Below, piece by piece: positions 43,380 to 58,418 of a stretch of DNA of 64,000 nucleotides. Position 1 is the stretch's first letter. The number at the start of each line of letters is the position of its first letter. The position numbers were made by a program, and so were the translations under genes. The stretch comes from Octopus vulgaris. Lineage: Eukaryota. The stretch is taken from positions 121,396,001 through 121,460,000 of the forward strand of contig OX597818.1 of assembly GCA_951406725.2 (NCBI GenBank), written 5' to 3'. The notes below the pieces were generated by a model. The model was given only the letters and a program-made list of their open reading frames with translations. It did not search any database and was not told the DNA's origin.

Positions 43380-43585
43380 ATAGGAAGAGTTTACGAAAAA
43401 GAAAACAAAAGACGAAGACAGGTGGTGTACAAATCTAAAAACAGATGTATTAGTATAACGCTCAGGAATAGAAATAGTCTTTTACGTTTCGAGCCTACGC
43501 TCTTCTACAGAAAGGGACACAGAAAAAACGAGAGGGACACGGAGAGAAAAAAATGTGTGTATAGTGGCTAACGATCTATCATGGC
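43380..43585 (-). mobile_element. Family F TA-flanked element with hammerhead-like motif (43479-43514)
   Basis: Reverse complement of 48742-48915. Confidence 0.75.
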
Positions 43586-43588
43586 GAG

Positions 43589-43632
<44 letters not shown>

Positions 43633-43837
43633 TATTTAAAAATCGTGTGTGATCGTGAAAGCATGGCTATCCCTTTTTTTTGACAATATTTGAAGTGATA
43701 AGTTTCTAATTAGAATCGAAATCCGTATTGAACCTCCAGCAACTTTTCTACCCAGTGTTGGACATTAACTCAACGCCTCACCATTTTACAAACATAAACA
43801 CACACACACAGAGATAGATAGACAGACAAACAGCTAA

Positions 43838-43896
<59 letters not shown>

Positions 43897-44074
43897 TACA
43901 CACACACACATGTATAAATATCTCTCTATATATATGTGTGTGTTTGTGTACACACACACACACACACGAGATGTTCGGGTTAAATTTGACAATATTATGT
44001 AAGTTCTTTTTCAAGAATAGCTTGATGTGTTGGTGAACGGCGTTGTAGCGACAAAGACTGAAGTTACAATTGAG

Positions 44075-44235
44075 AAAACATTGTCTGACATAGAGGACTG
44101 GAATCCACCTGAATATTGGAAAAGTGTTAGTGTATCATGATGTTTCACGCAGAATATCAAAATGCCAACATCATGACTCCTGCTCAATGTTCTGTGAACA
44201 CTGTAAAGGCTGTAAAACGTGACATGGACAGCTGA
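44075..44235 (+). mobile_element. Possible Tc1/mariner transposase N-terminal relic
   Basis: SDIEDWNPPEYWK / MMFHAEYQNANIMTPAQCSVNTVKAVKRDMD resembles an HTH start. Recognition by eye only. Confidence 0.35.
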
Positions 44236-44289
44236 AACGCACACACACGTGTTAACGTGTTGCAGCTTTCAACGATATAACGTGCGTAT

Positions 44290-44598
44290 AAAATAGGTAC
44301 CAGTTACGCACTGGGGTCGATGTAATCGACTTAGTCCCTTTGTCTGTCCTTGTTTGTCCCCTCTATATTTAGCCCCTTGTGGGCAATAAAGAAATAAGAA
44401 ACGTTAGCACGCCGGGCGAAATACTTAGCGGTATTTCGTCTGCCGTTACGTTCTGAGTTCAAATTCTGCTGAGGTCGACTTTGTTTTTCACCCTTTCGGG
44501 GTCGATAAATTAAGTACCAGTTGCATACTAGGGTCGATCTAATCGACTGGCCCCTTCCCCCAAAATTTCGAGCCTTGTACCTAGAGTAAAGAAGGATA
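44290..44598 (+). mobile_element. SINE-A: tail-1 unit joined at AAATA|AGAAACG to a tail-2 copy
   Basis: Junction at 44396/44397. Confidence 0.88.
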
Positions 44599-45057
44599 TA
44601 GGTTGTATTCAACGGATGTCGTTTCAAATACAGAATTACTTCTCGCCAAGTGTCTTGCCGCAATAGGAGATGTCATTCCCACTTTTTTTATAATTGATTT
44701 ATTTATAAATTTCCGTGTGAGATTTCTTTCACAGCGGTGATCTTTGTGAGGTCTCTTAAACAGTGTTAGAAGGTAATTTTTCATTTTAAATGGAAAGAGT
44801 GGTTAATGCATATTAATTTCATTAGCAACTACAGAGTATTAAAAATGCTATAAACTTGAAACTCCATCTGTTGTTGTAACGAGACAATTTTTAATACCTA
44901 TTCCAACAACAAATTCAGGACTACGAAAGTGACATTTAACCTAGCATTTAACTAAGGCAAAGTGACATTTAATCTAGAATGAATATTCATAGACCCTCGT
45001 ATACTGGAGTTTTGAATCAATAAATTCTAGAATGAAAAAAATTTTAATTTAAAAGAA

Positions 45058-46026
<969 letters not shown>

Positions 46027-46434
46027 GTATGTATGTATGTGTGTGTGTATGTGTCTGTGTGTGAGTGTGTGTGTGTTTATTTTTGACCATATCGCGCTTG
46101 TGAGGTGGCGGGCGAGCAATTTGGACTGGTCTTGTTCATACGTGCATATACATGTATGTAAGGACGTTTGTATATGTAAGTATAACATATGTTCTGTATT
46201 TATATTTGTATTTATGTGCCCATCTGGCATATTCAACTGACGAAGGCAGAGATTATTGGAAGCAAAGTCAGAAATCCAGGATCTTGAATTATCCAGTAAA
46301 ATATTTTTTGATAGTTTAGTTTGTCTCTCTGTCTTATCTCATGGCGCGATATGAACATTTAAGGTGGTATTGGGGGTCGGGGTCTTGACTGATATTTCGG
46401 CCTGGTGGTATCTCTCAGATACTCTTATCTATAG

Positions 46435-46487
<53 letters not shown>

Positions 46488-46675
46488 ATATATTGAGAGA
46501 GGCGTTGTTTGTGAAGGTTTTTAACTCTTCTTTCAAGCAAACATGAATGTATTGTACCCTGACTTTTTATTATATATGCGATGCCTTGGGTAACTCAATA
46601 TAGAATATAGTTGTAATAATTACTGCTCTATTTATTAGAGTGTGCTTCTTTCTGATATATGTTTTTGTATTAACC

Positions 46676-46708
<33 letters not shown>

Positions 46709-46799
46709 TGTATGTATTATGTATGTATGTATGTATGTATGTATGTATGTATGTATGTATGTATGTATGTATGTATGTATGTATGTGCGTGTGTATATA

Positions 46800-46990
46800 A
46801 ATCCCAAAAATTCAATGAGAACGTAACAAACGACAATAAAAACATACTGAGAGACAGACGATACAAATACGGACAGGAAAAAAACAAGGCCGGATCATTC
46901 ATCAGTCAAGTTTCGAAATTATCATTTACAGTTTCGGCCTGTTACACTTGAGACTGTTCAAAATGGACTGACCCCAAAAATCTAAGCTAA
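46800..46990 (-). mobile_element. Family G repeat (distant homologue at 49790-49990 plus)
   Basis: Both read GGGG...GCCGAAA(C/T)TG...ACTGA(T/A)GA followed by TTTTGT-rich sequence. Confidence 0.45.
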
Positions 46991-47351
46991 GATCATTAAA
47001 TTTTGGGAAGAAAGCAAGTGCATGTGTACGACAACACAGACCAAAAAATAAATAAACCAAGAAGACGGAGAAAATGATACATGATTACAAATACACGTAT
47101 AGAGTTTTAGATAAACGTATGAAAACGCTTTGTCAGGTAAATGGTTAAAAACCTTAGAAGTGGATGCTGATGTTAGTGTGTGCCTAAGTATAATTCGATT
47201 CTTAATCATGTTTTCAGAGCTCAATCACACAAGCGGCACCATTGCAATGCTTATGTTACCAGAACATCACGTCGATCCTGTTATTCGGATTTCGAAACTG
47301 CTGAAAGCTATCGAACAGACTTTACTTCTTTTATATCGTAAATCTACTCAA

Positions 47352-47485
47352 AACTATTGAAAAGTTTGCAACACGCAACGAAAATTTGAGGAAAATAAAA
47401 ATAAAAAATAAGTGGAAATTTTACCGGTGAGTGTGTTAAATAATAAGGCACAAAAAGAAAATGACTCTCCCCAGACTCAACAGTA
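47352..47485. repeat. Dispersed repeat, second copy at 61039-61165
   Basis: Shared GCAACGAAAA...AAGTGGAAATTTTACCGGTGAG...AGGCACAAAAAGAAAA...ACTCTCCCCAGA. Confidence 0.85.
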
Positions 47486-48656
47486 AATCTACACCTTATC
47501 CGGTTTAATGAATGTTTCCGGACCTATGAATGGCTTAAGTGATGGAGTTCACTCTCTAGGAAATATTTGGACCAGGTAACTAGTTTGAGTTTAATTTGAT
47601 ATTTGATGCTCCGATTTCTGTTTCGGCAACTTATTATTTATGGTCTCTTTCACTAGATACCACCCGCTATTCATCCTCTAATTAAGCCATAAAATAATGT
47701 TCCTGAATCTCCTATCATTCATACAAATTCATTCTTAGTCCTTCTCCACCACTTTCACCACCACCACCACCACCACCACCACCACTAACACTAGACTACT
47801 TTACAGTTATCCCCCTCAGCATTATTTCATATAGCTGTCGTTAGCGTTTCCCCCATTGCGATATAATCTACCACAAGTGCGTTGCAATCAACCTCAACTA
47901 TTAGACTCACCTCTCCAACATCTTTCTAACATCATTGAAGCTCTATATTCCGGTACAGCCGTGCTACCGAGGCATTCATGCGGAAAGATTTTAGTGTGAA
48001 AGTGTGAGAGAGAGAGAATGTGAAGGGGTGGGTGACAAAGATAGAATGGGAGAAAAAGAAATAAGGAAATACAGAGAAAAACATAAAACAGAGTGGATAA
48101 GGTTAAGTTAAGTCAGCATGGTTTGTACAGTGATCTAAAACGTCGCCATTTTTCAACAGACGAGCGACATTACATGTTGGTAACAAGATGATATAAAGAT
48201 CACAGATATTTCATGATTCTGCAGATACCAGAAGTACATGCAACATGGCAGTGAGACAATAAATATAACTTGTAATCTATTGTCTTCAGATATTCTATTA
48301 TTCTATTACTACAAACTCACTTTTGTTGATATATTCTGTATTTTTATATTACATTTGTTGATCATTTTAAAGCAGACGATTCTTATCCCTATCCTTTTCA
48401 TCAGTTTTACCCCTCCTTCTCTCACACTCAGTTGGAAGCGTCTATATTCAACTATTAATTTCTCTAGCAATTATTTTCTATCTGTCTCGTTTTTATGCTA
48501 TCACGATAACCTTCAATTCTTCCAACTATTTCACACACGCGCGCGCATATGCACACACATACACAGAGGTATACATACACACATACGTGCATATATATAT
48601 ATTTATATATATATACATATATATGTGTGTGTAGTGGCTAACGATCTATCATGGTG

Positions 48657-48741
<85 letters not shown>

Positions 48742-48746
<5 letters not shown>

Positions 48747-48915
48747 CCACTACACACATTTTTTTTCTCTCCTTGTTTTTTCTGTCCCTTTCTGTAGAAG
48801 AGCGTAGGCTCGAAACGTAAAAGACCTTTTCTGTTCCTGAGCGTTATACTAATATATCTGTTTGTTTTGTACACCACCTGTCTTCGTCTTTTGTTTCTTC
48901 CGTAAACTCTCCCTA
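48742..48915 (+). mobile_element. Family F element with minimal hammerhead-like motif (48788-48823)
   Basis: CTTT-CTGTAGA-A-GAGC(GTAG)GCTC-GAAAC-GTA-AAAG. Confidence 0.75.
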
Positions 48916-49089
48916 AATATATATATATATCTTTTATCTTTAATTTGCTTTATTCATTAGACTGCGGCGATGCTGGGGCTTTTGGTCGAACGAAGAAACC
49001 CTAGTACTTCTTTTATTGTTACGCCTGTCCTAACGTTCTGCACATGGGTGTCATCATTATGTACATTAGACATTTCGCACCAAATCTGC

Positions 49090-49310
49090 ACTGACTACAT
49101 GAACAGGAAGTTGGAAAACATTCACCAAGAGGATCACGTTAATTTTGTCTCGTTCAGCTGCATCAAGACATCGTGACTGTAAATATATCAAGATAACTGC
49201 ACCACCAGTGATCATTCTTTTCACAGCCAGAAGGTGCATCAATTCTCAACAACTTCTAACTCTGTACAAAGCCGTGAGAACACAATAGAACACAGCTTCT
49301 ATATTTGAAA
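49090..49310 (+). mobile_element. Highly degraded LINE RT C-terminal fragment
   Basis: QQLLTLYKAV..TIEHSFYI resembles the LL.LYKA.VRP.LEY.S.IW motif. Confidence 0.35.
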
Positions 49311-49396
49311 CGTTGTCGCAACCACATACGCACACAAACATCCTTGACCACATACATACATGCATACATACATACATACATACATACATACATACA

Positions 49397-49430
<34 letters not shown>

Positions 49431-49993
49431 CATACATGCATACATATTCATCTGAATCTAAATTTTAAATACATACATATATACATACATACATGCATGC
49501 ATGCCTGCATATACTACATATAAATGTGTGTGTGTGTGTGTGTGTGTCTGTGTGTGTGTGTGTGTGATTGTGTGTGTATGGGTGTATGTATTTGCGCGCG
49601 CGTGTGTGTATACAAGTGAGGGAGGGAGAAAGGGGGAGATGCAGATACACTCACACTAACACATTTGGGTATGCAAACAGGGAGGAAACCATTCCACTGG
49701 TTGTATTTATATTCGTGTAACATCGTCCGTTTTTCTGTCCTTGTTTCATATACCTTCGATGCTTTTTTCCAAGGAATCTAATGCTCTCAGCTTAGTTTTT
49801 CCTTGGGGCTGTCAAGATTAATCAGCCGAAATTGCAAGGATGATCCGGTTCTAAACTGAAGATAAAAGGCTTCGAATAACCCGTCCGTGTTTTTTTCTTT
49901 TTTTGTATCGTCTATCTGGATGTTTTGTTGTCCCTTTTTGTATCACTTAGTTGTCCGGATGCTTTGCGTTCTTGTCCCATTTTGTATTTTATT

Positions 49994-50076
<83 letters not shown>

Positions 50077-50104
50077 TAGATAGATAGATAGATAGATAGA
50101 GATA

Positions 50105-50420
50105 TGGATAAAACTTACTTGAAAAAGGATGCGTGCCGTTCGGTCATATAATAATATAAATAATATATAAATATATGCATATATACATAGATATATGTAC
50201 ATACCTACATATATATGTATACATACATGCATATATGGATACAGGACATAAAAAAAAACGTTGAACAAAATGAGAAACGAAAACATAAAAACAAAAACAT
50301 AGAAACGGACATTTTTTTTCGAAAACGAAAAAAATCAGAGAAACGAGACATACAACATAAAGAATATTCCCCTTCTTCAGTTGTCCGTGCTAATATATAT
50401 CTACTCCACGTTTCGAAGGC
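50105..50420 (-). mobile_element. Family E copy abutting a SINE-B head (50420-50528)
   Basis: Reverse-complement homology to 39455-39690. Confidence 0.75.
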
Positions 50421-50586
50421 CCAAGGATATAGTAGAAGACACTTGTCCATGGTGCCACGCAATGGGACTGAACCCGGAACCATTTGGCTGGTAAGCAAGC
50501 TGCTTACCACACAGCCACTCCTGTGCCTATATATATTATATAATATATATACATTTATAGAATTTATATATATATATATGTGTATG

Positions 50587-50618
<32 letters not shown>

Positions 50619-51360
50619 CGGGCATATATAATATCTATACATATATATATTTGCGGATATATATATATATGTATATGTATATATATCGAGATAACTAAAT
50701 ACATACACGCATACACACACTCATACATACACATATACACAAACGTGAATGTTTATGTGTGCTTGTGTATATTTTTGTATTTATATTAGTGAATTTATCT
50801 TCATTTAATCGTTTTCTTTTTTTTTCTTTTTCTTTTTTTATTTCTTTTGTTAATTTCAGTATTTCAACAACACACACAAACTCAGATAAATTAACTCATA
50901 TGCAGCGTACGCGCAAACAAACGCATTAAGCACACTCACACAAGCATACACACACACACACACATACACACACACACAAACACAACACACACACACGCAC
51001 GCACGTATGCACAAATACAATATACAGACGGACACACATATGTACACACAAACAAGTGCGCCCATAAAAAATTTTTTAAACGTACTAAAAACTTAACCGA
51101 AACTGTAATACCGATATAGCTTACAGTACAGTTTAAGTGCACCAAGCAGCGTCTTACGAAACGGCTGATCAATAGTTAAGTCCTAAATAACAACTAAGAA
51201 ATAAACAAATAGAATAAGACGAGGAGAGAAAAGAAAAAAGAGCAGTAAAGAAGTAAAAAGAAAATAGAGAAAGAAAAAAACGAAGCTAAATGTTATATTA
51301 TTTCTAAAATCTCATTCACTTCTCCTCTCTCCAGTTCATTGTTATAATATCACTACAGGA

Positions 51361-52020
51361 AAGGTGGTGGATTGGCGGATTTAGTAAAGAGTCGATATTT
51401 GTACTGGTTCTATATGTTTTGGGTTCAAATCCAGCAGAAGCTAACTTTGCCTTTTTGTTTCTTTCTGATTCGATACGATAAAGCACTAATAAAGCAATGA
51501 GTCGATATAATAAAACACTAATAAAGCAGTGAGTCGATACAATAAAGCACTAATCGACACGGTAAAGCACTAGTCGATACGATAAAACACTAATAAAGCA
51601 GTGAGTCGATACGATAAAGCACTAACCGACACGGTAAAGCACTAGTCTATATGATAAAATACTAATAAAGCACTGAGTCGATATAATAAAATACTAATAA
51701 AGCACTGACTCGATACAATAAAGCACTAATCGACACGGTAAAGCACTAGTCGATACGATAAAACACTAAAAAAGCACTGAGTCGATACGATAAAGCACTA
51801 TTCAACACAGTAAAGCACTGAATCGATACAATAAAGCACTAAACAACACGATAAAGCACTAGTCAATATGATAAGATACTAATAAAGCACTGAGCCGATA
51901 CCATAAAACACTAATTGACACAATAAAGCACTGGTCGATACTATAAAACACTAATAAAGCACTGAGTCGATATGATAAAGCACTGCAGTTGATTAAACAT
52001 TCTCTCCAAATTTCAGGCCA
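51361..52020 (+). repeat. Diverged SINE-A whose core expanded into a ~30-bp minisatellite (51470-51985)
   Basis: Head with GGGTTCAAATCC and CTTTGCCTTT, units GTCGATA(C/T)RATAAAGCACTAATAAAGCACTGA, then tail-2 CTCTCCAAATTTCAGGCC. Confidence 0.8.
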
Positions 52021-52454
52021 AACATCTGCGTGAGAGAGAAAGGCCTTAAAACACCCTACTGTCTTAATCCGACAATTCTACCTATTATGTAGTTTGAATG
52101 AGAAACTGTAACTAAAGATAAAGACTATAAACCCCACAAAGAGGTGAAAGAAGAGAGACAGCATAACGAAAGTTTTGGCTGACTGTCATCCTGTACTCCC
52201 CTTGTTGCTAGCGAAATGGTATATGCCGGGTGTGTGAGCAACTGGTTATTTTAACGGCGGAACAAACAGGGGAATTCCATTAGAAAAACATTTCAATCTA
52301 TTTTCTCGGTAACTATGGGGGCTAGGAAAAAATACAAACGGCATTCCAATCTATGCACCCGTCTCCACATGTGTGCGATTTTTTCCGCGAATCCACCCAG
52401 CCGTTTGGCTGTGAACCTCAAGACAAGAAAGAATACAACGATCGCCGTTGTCCA

Positions 52455-52614
<160 letters not shown>

Positions 52615-52654
52615 AATAAAGTCATTAACAAGACCATATTGGTCAATTTATATT

Positions 52655-52956
52655 TTTAAAGTATAATTATAATAAAGGGCGCTGGAGGGGCACAGCGCTT
52701 GTACGCTAGTAGACAACAAACCACTTAAGTTATTACTCCGTTAAACAAGGTTACATGCGAGGAAAATGGACAGAATGGACTGAAAGGAGTTGTCTAGAAT
52801 ATATCCTTTTTGTCCATTTTCCTCGCATACAACTTTATGTTAAACGGAGTAATAATTTATGTGGTTTGTAGTTCTTTGACGTCTACTTCTAGCGTACAGG
52901 CGCCGTCTCTCCAGCGCCCTTTGTTATGATTTTATTTTTAATAATTATACTTTAAA
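52655..52956. repeat. Foldback palindrome (about 130-bp diverged arms), TA-flanked
   Basis: AAAGGGCGCTGGAG / CTCCAGCGCCCTTT and ATGCGAGGAAAATGGACA / TGTCCATTTTCCTCGCAT. Confidence 0.88.
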
Positions 52957-53309
52957 TATATATATATATTTATTTATTTATATATGTATGTATTTATGTG
53001 TGTGTGTGTGTGTATACAGATAAAGAGAAGGAGCAATCTTCAGTTTAGTGCCCCTGTGATTACCATTAAATTCAAACACTTTTACCAGACTTTTCTTCCC
53101 ACAGTACCAATTTTGGCACTGTTCTCAGAATTAGATTTTAACCATGAATGTTTATCGAGTGATTAATTTTACTTTTATTAATCACAAATACACAGCCACG
53201 CACCCCACACCCCTTGAAACGGCGTGCATTCTGTCCCGATGACCCCACACACTTGCTGGCTTCCGGTATGCTGAGCTCTAGACTGGTAACACATAACTCC
53301 TTTTTTGTA

Positions 53310-53685
53310 ACTCTTTTTACTTGTTTCAGTCATTTGACTGCGGCCATGCTGGAGCACCGCCTCTAGTCGAACAAATCGATCCCAGGATTTATTCTTTGTA
53401 AGCCTAGTACATCGGTCTCTTTTGCAGTACTGCTAAGTTACGGGGACGTAAAAACATCAGCATCGGTTGTGAAGCGATGTTGGGGGGACAAACACACACA
53501 TACAAACTCACACACTAGCTCACACACACATATATATACATATATACGACGGGCTTCTTTCAGTTTCCGTCTACCAAATCCACTCACAAGGCTTTGGTCG
53601 GCCCGAGTCTATAGTAGAAGACACTTGCCCAAGGTGCCACGCAGTGGGACTGAACCCGGAACCATGTGGTTGGTAAGCAAGTTAC
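53310..53685 (-). mobile_element. SINE-B
   Basis: Reverse-complement match. Confidence 0.9.
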
Positions 53686-55230
53686 TTGTGCAACTCGTTT
53701 GCAACACATCACATATATGTATATATCTGGTGAGCATATACACATTTTATCCCTACTAAATTTTATGCTGTGAGATCGAACTCAAAACCACATGGTATGA
53801 CCATGACTTGAAAACCTCTGGTCATATGTCTGCTAAACAATAATAACATCAATATTAACAAAATGCCGTTAAATTTAGTCAAAAGAAATCGATATTTAAC
53901 CTCTCTTGTAATTTTCACTGACATGGAATATATTATCGCATAATGAAATCTTAATATCATCTATGAAAAATGTTCGTTAAATTGCTGCTATTAATATTCA
54001 GATGTTAGGGATTTTTTGCTACTTTACTGTGAAACGTATATATCCTCCAGTGGTTTCTATCGGTCTCCAGCATATGATAAAAATTTAACCACACGAACAC
54101 TGCAGCAAGTAATAGCAAGTTCTAGGCCTAATTTCCGGTGGAATCTCTAATAGAAGCATCGACTGTATGGCTGCTTGACTTGCTTATTCATGAAATATTG
54201 CAGATTTATTTTTGCCGTTCATCAGAACGATGGCTTGTTCATCCTGAACCAGCGATTGCTTATAGATTTCATTCAAACTAAAATTACACGTTTCCTGTAT
54301 TTTATGACATTATCACAGCCAAGCCTTGGCTAATTAATTCATCATTGTTTTCGTTATCATGGGAAACTGTATATATTTGTTCTGGTCAGCTAGCATCTGA
54401 CAGTCATTCGAGGTTTCCTATTTTAGCGATTTTATCGTTAATAATGTATCTTTTCTCGAAATTTCCACGCCTTAATTATTCTTGCATTTAATTTTTACTT
54501 CACTTCCTTTGGTTTCTTTTTCTTTCTTCTCTCTTTTTGTTCGTTATTTTATCGCGATTTTAAAATGTATTTCATATCTTTGTGAGAGGTTAAGAGACTG
54601 TAAATGGCTTTTATCTCAAAACCTATTTGCTTCCGACTACCTGAAGCATGTAATGTATATATAAAAAAAAATATCAATAAAACAAAGCATCACTCAAGTC
54701 TTATCAAACAAACTATTTGAAGTGAAAATTTAATTTTGAGATCTAAACCTCATGATTTCTTCCATTACTGTAATAATACGTTAACTTAAGCTTAAGATCT
54801 TTTACAAAGCTTATACGTAAGTTCACCGCTAAAACACGACGCCATTCGCTGTGTATCTGAACTATCTATCTGTAAGACTGTAGTTTGGATGGACTAATTC
54901 CTTTGATAATACAGCTATATGATAAATGAAGCTGTTGAATACCACAACTTTTTTTATTTAGTAAATGAATGAGTTGAGCACCACTGAAATGCTTATCCAA
55001 GAGATAAAAACAGAAATTCTGTGTACCAAGATAGAATGAATAAAGTTTAGCCCGGGCAATTAAGTAATTTGAAAATCATTAATGTTGTGAATAAGATGGA
55101 TAAAATTAAGAAGAGAAAGCTATTTTTGTCGAAAGAAATTATGTGAGTGTTGGTGGAATACGAATTATCCGAAGCCTTATGTTTCCAATTATATTCTTTA
55201 TCAAGGAAAATGGTTATAGATACTATCTTT

Positions 55231-55497
55231 GGATCTTTACTTTTTGACCGACAGATTTTAAAAATACGTTTTTGTAACTAAACACTTTCAAACTTCGGAC
55301 ACTGGTAGAATGTGTCATATAAAACATCTTTTACTCCTAGCGTTTTTGAGAAAAGCTTATATTTAGGAGGTTATTTCACGTTAAAGTTGTAGTATTTCGG
55401 TAATTTCAACCAATCAATGACGTATTCATCTGAATAAAATTACTGCCGTTGTTTGTCAACAACAAGTATCGGCGGTGTATATTTCGTTTGTCACTGT
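55231..55497. mobile_element. Single TIR arm of the 5890-6474 MITE family
   Basis: GGATCTTTAC...TATATTTCGTTTGTCACTGT matches that arm. Confidence 0.88.
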
Positions 55498-55521
55498 CCG
55501 TCAACTCAAGTATCAACTGAC

Positions 55522-55836
55522 ACTCTGTCGGTTACGACGACGAGGGTTCCAGTTGATTCGATCAACGGAACAGCCTGCTCGTGAATTTAACGTGCAAGAG
55601 GCTGAACACTCCACCTACACATGTACCCTTACAGTAACTCACGGGAGATTCAGCGTGATACAGAAAGTGACAAGGCTAGCCCTTTGAATTACACGTACTA
55701 CTCAGTTTTGTCAGCTGAGGAAACTGGAGCAACGTGAAATAAAATGTCTTGCTCAAGGACAACAACGCGTGGCCGGGAATCGAATTCACGACCTTACGAC
55801 TGTGAGCCGAATGCCCTAACCACCAAGCCATGCGCC
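55522..55836 (-). mobile_element. SINE-D
   Basis: Match to 16040-16362. Confidence 0.88.
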
Positions 55837-56182
55837 TATCGGGTACTATGTGATTGCTCAATATACTAAAAAGTATAATTTTTTTTTTTTTAATGAAAAA
55901 AACTAACAGTAAGATGGAAAATAATGTATATTCTTGTGTTCTTACATTTTACTTATACTTGTTTTTTTATTGCAAAATGTTTGATCAGATCCTCAGAATT
56001 GGGAATTAATCTTACGTAGCACATCTACTTCTATACTTAGTAAAGACAAGTCATTCCAAATATTATTTTAGCAAGATTAAAGTGATTTCTTTTGTGCCGT
56101 AGACGATTTACCAATTCTGTGGTGCTCCTCTTCCTTTGATGCTTGTCCTAAGCACCTGCTTCTTTTGCATAATGGCTAATCC

Positions 56183-56452
56183 AGTTGTTGTTTGTTCCTT
56201 CTCGAGCCATGCCTGGCTCATAAGGGCCGGTTACCCGGTTTCCTTGGCGTATAGGTGAGCTGCAAGATGCAGGAGGAAAAACTGAGAGAAAGTTGTGGCG
56301 AAAGAGTCAGCAGAAGTTCGCTATTACCTTCTGTCGGAGCCGCGTGGAGCTTAGGTGTTTCGCTAATAAATACACATATCGCCCAGTCTGAGATTCGAAC
56401 CCGCGATCCGTCGACCGCGAGTCCGCTGCTTTAAACACTAGGCCATGTGCCT
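56183..56452 (-). mobile_element. SINE-C head with tail type 3
   Basis: Minus head ...AGCAGCGGACTCGCGGTCG...GGTTCGAATCTC, tail ending GGCTCGAGAAGGAACAAACAAC. Confidence 0.8.
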
Positions 56453-56782
56453 ATCTATGAGTGGCAAAGTTGTATAACTTTCTCAATACTTCATATATTT
56501 TCTATTGATTCCAACCAGCTCGTAGAAAACGGTAAATGATTACAAATATCGAGAAAGTACTCGGCTCTATGCAATTTTATTTTTAAAAAATGAAACAAAT
56601 GGCGGTGCCCCAGCATGGTCACAGCTCATTAGCTGATACTGGAAAAATCAAAATCAAAATCAACTGACTTACTATTCGTTCGACGAAAGAACGAAAACCA
56701 TAACTATAGCAACATAGTGAAACTTTTAAAAATGTTATCAACTAAATAATATTAACGGAAGAAGAAATTTAGTTTCATTGCG

Positions 56783-56855
<73 letters not shown>

Positions 56856-57147
56856 GCGCGCGCACACGCACGCACACACAAAACAGATACGCATACACAT
56901 ATAGGCAGAGAAAGAAATAAACAGAGAGGGGAAAGCTTTTGCTTATTTACTCCTATCTTCTCTCGTTATCATTTCAGCTCATCGAAAAGGAAACGTGTAG
57001 TAAAAAAAAAATAGATATTTAAAAGTAAAAAATAAACGAAAGACACAAATATCTTATATACATGCAATCATAACACATAGAGGAAGTAGATTAGACATTT
57101 TATGAACATATGGACACTCATGCGCACACGCATCTCTCTTTTTCCAA

Positions 57148-57194
<47 letters not shown>

Positions 57195-57412
57195 CATATA
57201 TAAGTACATACCCCCCACAGAAATATATATAAATATATATGTAATAAATATATATATATTTATATATATATGTATGCATATATATATATGTATATATATA
57301 TGTATGCATATATATATATGTATATTTATATGTATGTATATATATGCATATATTTATATATATGTATGCATATATATATGTATATACATGTATGTATATA
57401 TATATGTGTATG

Positions 57413-57477
<65 letters not shown>

Positions 57478-57553
57478 GTATGTATGTATATATAGATATA
57501 TATGTATATTTATGTATGTATGTATATATAGATATATATGTATATATATGTAC

Positions 57554-57614
<61 letters not shown>

Positions 57615-58027
57615 TGCGTGCGTGTGTGTGCTGATTGCTACTTATCAGATGAGCCTCGACTCCTCCTTGAACTTGCACGATCATATACACGCAGGTGGCT
57701 TTTCGGCTTAGATCTTCGTTCGGCAGGAACATTCACAGCTGTGACATTTTTCTTTCGGTACGAATGTACCGCGACGCGCGCTTCTATAGGATCATCTCTT
57801 TGGTTCAAGCGTCCTTTGATGGTCAACAACCGGTGTCTTTGAGAGGAGAAATCGTAGGCACATATAATGCATCTCCATTCCTGCTGTGTTTCTGCAACCA
57901 CTGATCCCGCTTGTGGAGCGAACATTTCAAAGCGGCGTTCCCCATTCACTTTTGTTCAAAGATGTCACATCTGTAATTGATAGTCGCATTCCATGATGAG
58001 CAGCTTCAACCAACTATCTCCCAGATA

Positions 58028-58418
58028 TCTTTATATATAAAAGAGAAGTTGTGTGTCTGTCTCCTACGATTTAGATTCCTAACTACTCCCACATTTTGCG
58101 GTGCAGTTTAACCAAAACCGGGTATCTTATAGTCGTGATTCATACCTTCTGGGTATTAGCGCGCGTCTACGATGAGTCTACGATTTAAAAAAAAATTTAC
58201 CATCATTTTTTCCCATTTTAATGCATTTTTTCGCTATTATATAAGGGAAGTAACTCTCTAAAAATGTCTACGATGAGTCAACGATTTTTAAAAAAATTAC
58301 CATATTTTTTTTTCCATTTTTAATGCATTTTTTTGCTATTTTTTGGCTATGACTCTCTAAAAATGCTTATATAGTTATTTCCCTTACAAACCCGAGCAAC
58401 GCCGGGCGATACTGCTAG
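58028..58418 (+). mobile_element. Complete non-autonomous Helitron nested in the RTE
   Basis: A|TC...CCCGAGCAACGCCGGG hairpin...CTAG|T, no TSD, internal duplication of about 100 bp. Confidence 0.85.

Noticed and set aside
46234-46280. CTGACGA...GAAA as another hammerhead
   Set aside because: Stem II is weak and no stem I or III can be formed.
51470-51985. Possible CRISPR-like array
   Set aside because: There are no unique spacers, the units are contiguous and SINE-derived, and the context is eukaryotic with no cas genes.
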